A stretch of 64,000 nucleotides of DNA from Neodothiora populina. Lineage: Eukaryota. The first letter of the stretch is position 1. Each line of letters starts with the position of its first letter. Location: NCBI RefSeq assembly GCF_041146345.1, contig NW_027191414.1:806001-870000 (forward strand), read 5' to 3'. Below, one piece after another: positions 61,113-64,000 of the stretch. The notes below the pieces were generated by a model, which searched no databases, was not told where the DNA came from, and saw only the letters and a program-made list of their open reading frames with translations. A program made the translations under genes and the position numbers.

Positions 61113-62766
61113 CTGATATACAGGGACCACTGCAGATGGTGCGCTGCCAGCACTGTGATTGATGTGCACGAACGTCGATGTGAGATCTTGTAATGCAGAT
61201 CAATATCAAGAGCGATCAATCAAGATCTGAGCCGGGAGATCTCGATTGGTATTATGAAGTCCAACGCAAGCTGACATCGATATCCAGATACGATGACTTA
61301 TCTTTCTAGCGTAGATTGGTATCTTCTTCGACCACCGTCCGTCTGGTAGGATGGTGTGTAAGTTTCGTATTTCCTGCCCTAGGTGCCCCAACCTGCTGCT
61401 GCCTAGAGAATGATTCACCGTGAAGTACACACGTATAGACGGATAAACGCAGACTAGCTACTACTATTTTCAAGCGAGCTGGTCATGTGCAAGTATTTGA
61501 CATTTTCATAGACAGGCAGGCAGGCCGCACTTGAAGTGAGACGTTCCGGATATACCGCCACTTGCGATTCGAAGCTCGCTTACCTGCTAGTACGAGTAGA
61601 TCGCTCAGCTCCGTAATACTTTGACCGGAGTCACAATGAAGTACCTTCATTTGGCTTAGTCAACTGTAACTTGTACAGAGGAATATTGGCTATACTGTAG
61701 CTGCAAGGGTGATGGAATCTGCTCGCCACACTATTTAGGTCTTATCGTGGTGTACGACGATTGGGGACGATGCATGATCCCAGCTACACGGTAAACGGGA
61801 GGCTGGCCGGTCTTGCATGCAGGGTGGCAAGGTGACAGCGGGCCTCGTGCAAGGCAATGGAGAACCACCTTGGTGTTCACAAAGCGCCGCTATCAAAGCA
61901 ACTAGATATAGTAGTGGCAAACCGGTCAGTCGCCTTCAAGACCATGACCTGAACGTGTGGGCCTGAATGATGCTAAGAGGCCCGGTATGGGTCAGGAGAA
62001 CTGGGCTATCGACACTGCTGCAACAGACACTGCATATGATTTCCGAACTCCGCACCGGTATCCTCTTAAGGTCTTCTCATGCGTGGATTGCCACTATGTG
62101 TATCTTTCAAGCTAGAAGAACTCATACGGCCGAGGTGAGCTTCCATTGTAGAACCTGCATCTACAGCCTGATTCCATTAGTGAAGTGGGGGAGTAGCTTG
62201 TGAGCTAATTACCATATTCAGCATGTTGGCATTGACTTGAACTTGGTGCTTTTCATGAGAATGGAGACTTGTTGCACTTTCACTGGGGAACGATCTTAGT
62301 CATTAGATTTGGAGCTTTCAGTTATCGATGTGTTTTAATGATAGTCATGTGTGTCTAAGTGTGAGGTCAATGGTGGGATATATACTTACTAGATAATGTT
62401 TATGTTCTTTTGATTGCTCATGGGTTTAGGTAGGACGTGGTGTCTGTCCAATATGTTACCTTTCTCATAAGTCTAAAATATACCGAGAGCACTCGCGATA
62501 TGTGCTCAACAAGCAACAATCCAACTCCGATTGCAAAGAAAGTCAAGAACTTTTTCATCTATATGCTCCTCGTGCTCTTTCTAGCCCCTATCGCTACTTT
62601 GTGGCGGGTCCAGACGAGGAAGACATATCACAATAAGGCTGTTGAAGTAGTCTTTGTTGGAAAGACTTCAGACATACAATACGCAATCTTGTTGAAGGAT
62701 TACGCCTGATGTCCAATGGCGACGCTTAACAAGCAAATACCTGCCTGAAGAGCTAGAGAACCCAAC

Positions 62767-64000
62767 CTACTGCATGCCTTTGGACATCTGAGCAGCACTA
62801 GCACCTGTAACGCCCCATGCTGTGTTGTTAGTAGTAGCCAAAGCCCAGAGATTTATGAAACCATGAAGATAACTGAACGCAATCATGAGAGGCATCCATA
62901 GCAGGTCACCAGGGTGGCGACAAAAGTGAGGAATGATCTTGTGGACTTTGGTAAACAGGACAAATGCAGTCCAAGGCAGATAGACGTACTGAGAGAACAT
63001 TCCGTCGTCGATGAGTGCGAGCAAAGCCTTATGAAGAAGGAAAGTAAGCATAACGTCAACCAAGAGAGCGGGAGTCTGGAATTGCCCAACGTATATAGCG
63101 TACAATGACCAAGTGTGGGTCTTCCACCAGTAGTCAGTTGACGACATGACGCGAAAGTTTCCTCGCCAGTGACCTCGGGCCCAGCGTAAGCATTGGTTCA
63201 TATAACCACTGAAGTCGGTCTCGAGGGTGGTCTCGATCAGCGCATCGGGGTGGAATTGAAGCTTGATCTTCCAGCCTTGAACGAAAGTCCAGCGGGTCAA
63301 ATTCTTGTCGTCGTCGTGATTCCTTGCATTGGAGAAGTAATCGAAAAACAGATCACTTTTGAGGATCTCGGCACGATACATGCTGGTTCTACCACTGAGG
63401 GTAGACAAGGCTCCATCCATATATTGGGTTGCGGCGGTGTTATAATTGCGGCGAAGAATGTAGCAAATGCCGAGGAAGTGATACAACCCAGAAGCTATAC
63501 CGACCGAGGAGGCCTCACGGGTGACACGCTGCTTAGGTCCAGCAGCACCGACGGTAGGGTCTTCGAAACATGCCAGCATAGTCGGCAGGAACTTTGGGTT
63601 GAGCCATTGCACGTCATCATCGGCAAAGCAAACAATTCGACCAGTAACGTGATTCTTGAGGGCTTCGATCATCTGATTCTTCTTGTTGAGTATCTCGACA
63701 CCACCAAGCTGAATGTATGGAGCAATGCCAGCCACAGCCAAGTGGTTGCTGACTTCAGCTAATTTCTGGACACTTGTGATGACGATCACTTCTTTGGGTG
63801 AGCAGGCAAGTATGTTGTTCAGACAGCGGATGTGCTCTGGAGGATTGCTGAACTTGGTAGGTACAACGACAGATACATCACTCGAAGCGAAGTGAGGACG
63901 ATGCGGGAGCTGGTCAGCAGAGAAGTGATAGTAAGCATAGATGCTAACGAAAGTGCGGACATGACGAAACAAAAATGCGACGATAAAGACAGCCTGCCAA
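62767..64000 (-). CDS. Processive glycosyltransferase family 2 (Cps1-like polysaccharide synthase), 5' end outside window
   Basis: VSVVVPT, FADDD, LSGRT, DDDKNLT, QCLRW (QxxRW), C-terminal TM helices and NTAWG; the frame stays open to the window edge. Confidence 0.85.
   Translation of the reverse strand, partial: WQAVFIVAFLFRHVRTFVSIYAYYHFSADQLPHRPHFASSDVSVVVPTKFSNPPEHIRCLNNILACSPKEVIVITSVQKLAEVSNHLAVAGIAPYIQLGGVEILNKKNQMIEALKNHVTGRIVCFADDDVQWLNPKFLPTMLACFEDPTVGAAGPKQRVTREASSVGIASGLYHFLGICYILRRNYNTAATQYMDGALSTLSGRTSMYRAEILKSDLFFDYFSNARNHDDDKNLTRWTFVQGWKIKLQFHPDALIETTLETDFSGYMNQCLRWARGHWRGNFRVMSSTDYWWKTHTWSLYAIYVGQFQTPALLVDVMLTFLLHKALLALIDDGMFSQYVYLPWTAFVLFTKVHKIIPHFCRHPGDLLWMPLMIAFSYLHGFINLWALATTNNTAWGVTGASAAQMSKGMQ

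Noticed and set aside
61640..61680. TTGGCTTAGTCAACTGTA resembles the 5' end of U2 snRNA
   Set aside because: Lacks the GTAGTA branch-recognition sequence and the rest of the U2 structure
1..64000. Transposons, LTRs, RIP-degraded AT-rich blocks, CRISPR arrays, rRNA
   Set aside because: No transposase or RT motifs, terminal repeats, extended AT-rich tracts, repeat-spacer arrays or rRNA sequence seen

Overview
Gene-dense eukaryotic DNA from a filamentous ascomycete (Pezizomycotina; Dothideomycete-like by protein style, which is an inference). It has short GT-AG introns with CTRAY branch sites and no recognisable transposon or CRISPR. About 19 protein genes were reconstructed by hand from splice signals: Yak1 kinase (5' part), DUF1765 protein, eIF3c, an orphan ORF, TFIIB, ATP14, RPL7, ferric reductase, an integral membrane protein, Ran1/Pat1-like kinase, Prp4 kinase, a small membrane protein, an Hva1-TUDOR-like protein, Sch9, Npl6/Rsc7, a Clg1-like cyclin, trimethyllysine dioxygenase, RPT5, an HMT1-like ABC half-transporter and a Cps1-like GT2 (3' part). 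The window also holds tRNA-Arg(CCG) and an intronic box C/D snoRNA. Most notable: (1) an otherwise intact 4-exon membrane-protein gene is interrupted by one in-frame TAG at an apparent Trp position, at the tip of a hairpin, which resembles restorative A-to-I editing substrates but could equally be a nonsense allele or assembly error; (2) RPL7 intron 1 contains a highly structured RNA element; (3) RPL7 intron 2 hosts an snR39B-type snoRNA; (4) the only plausible AUG of the Ran1-like kinase is one base out of frame at a C6 run; (5) a strong-context uORF or mini-exon lies upstream of SCH9.
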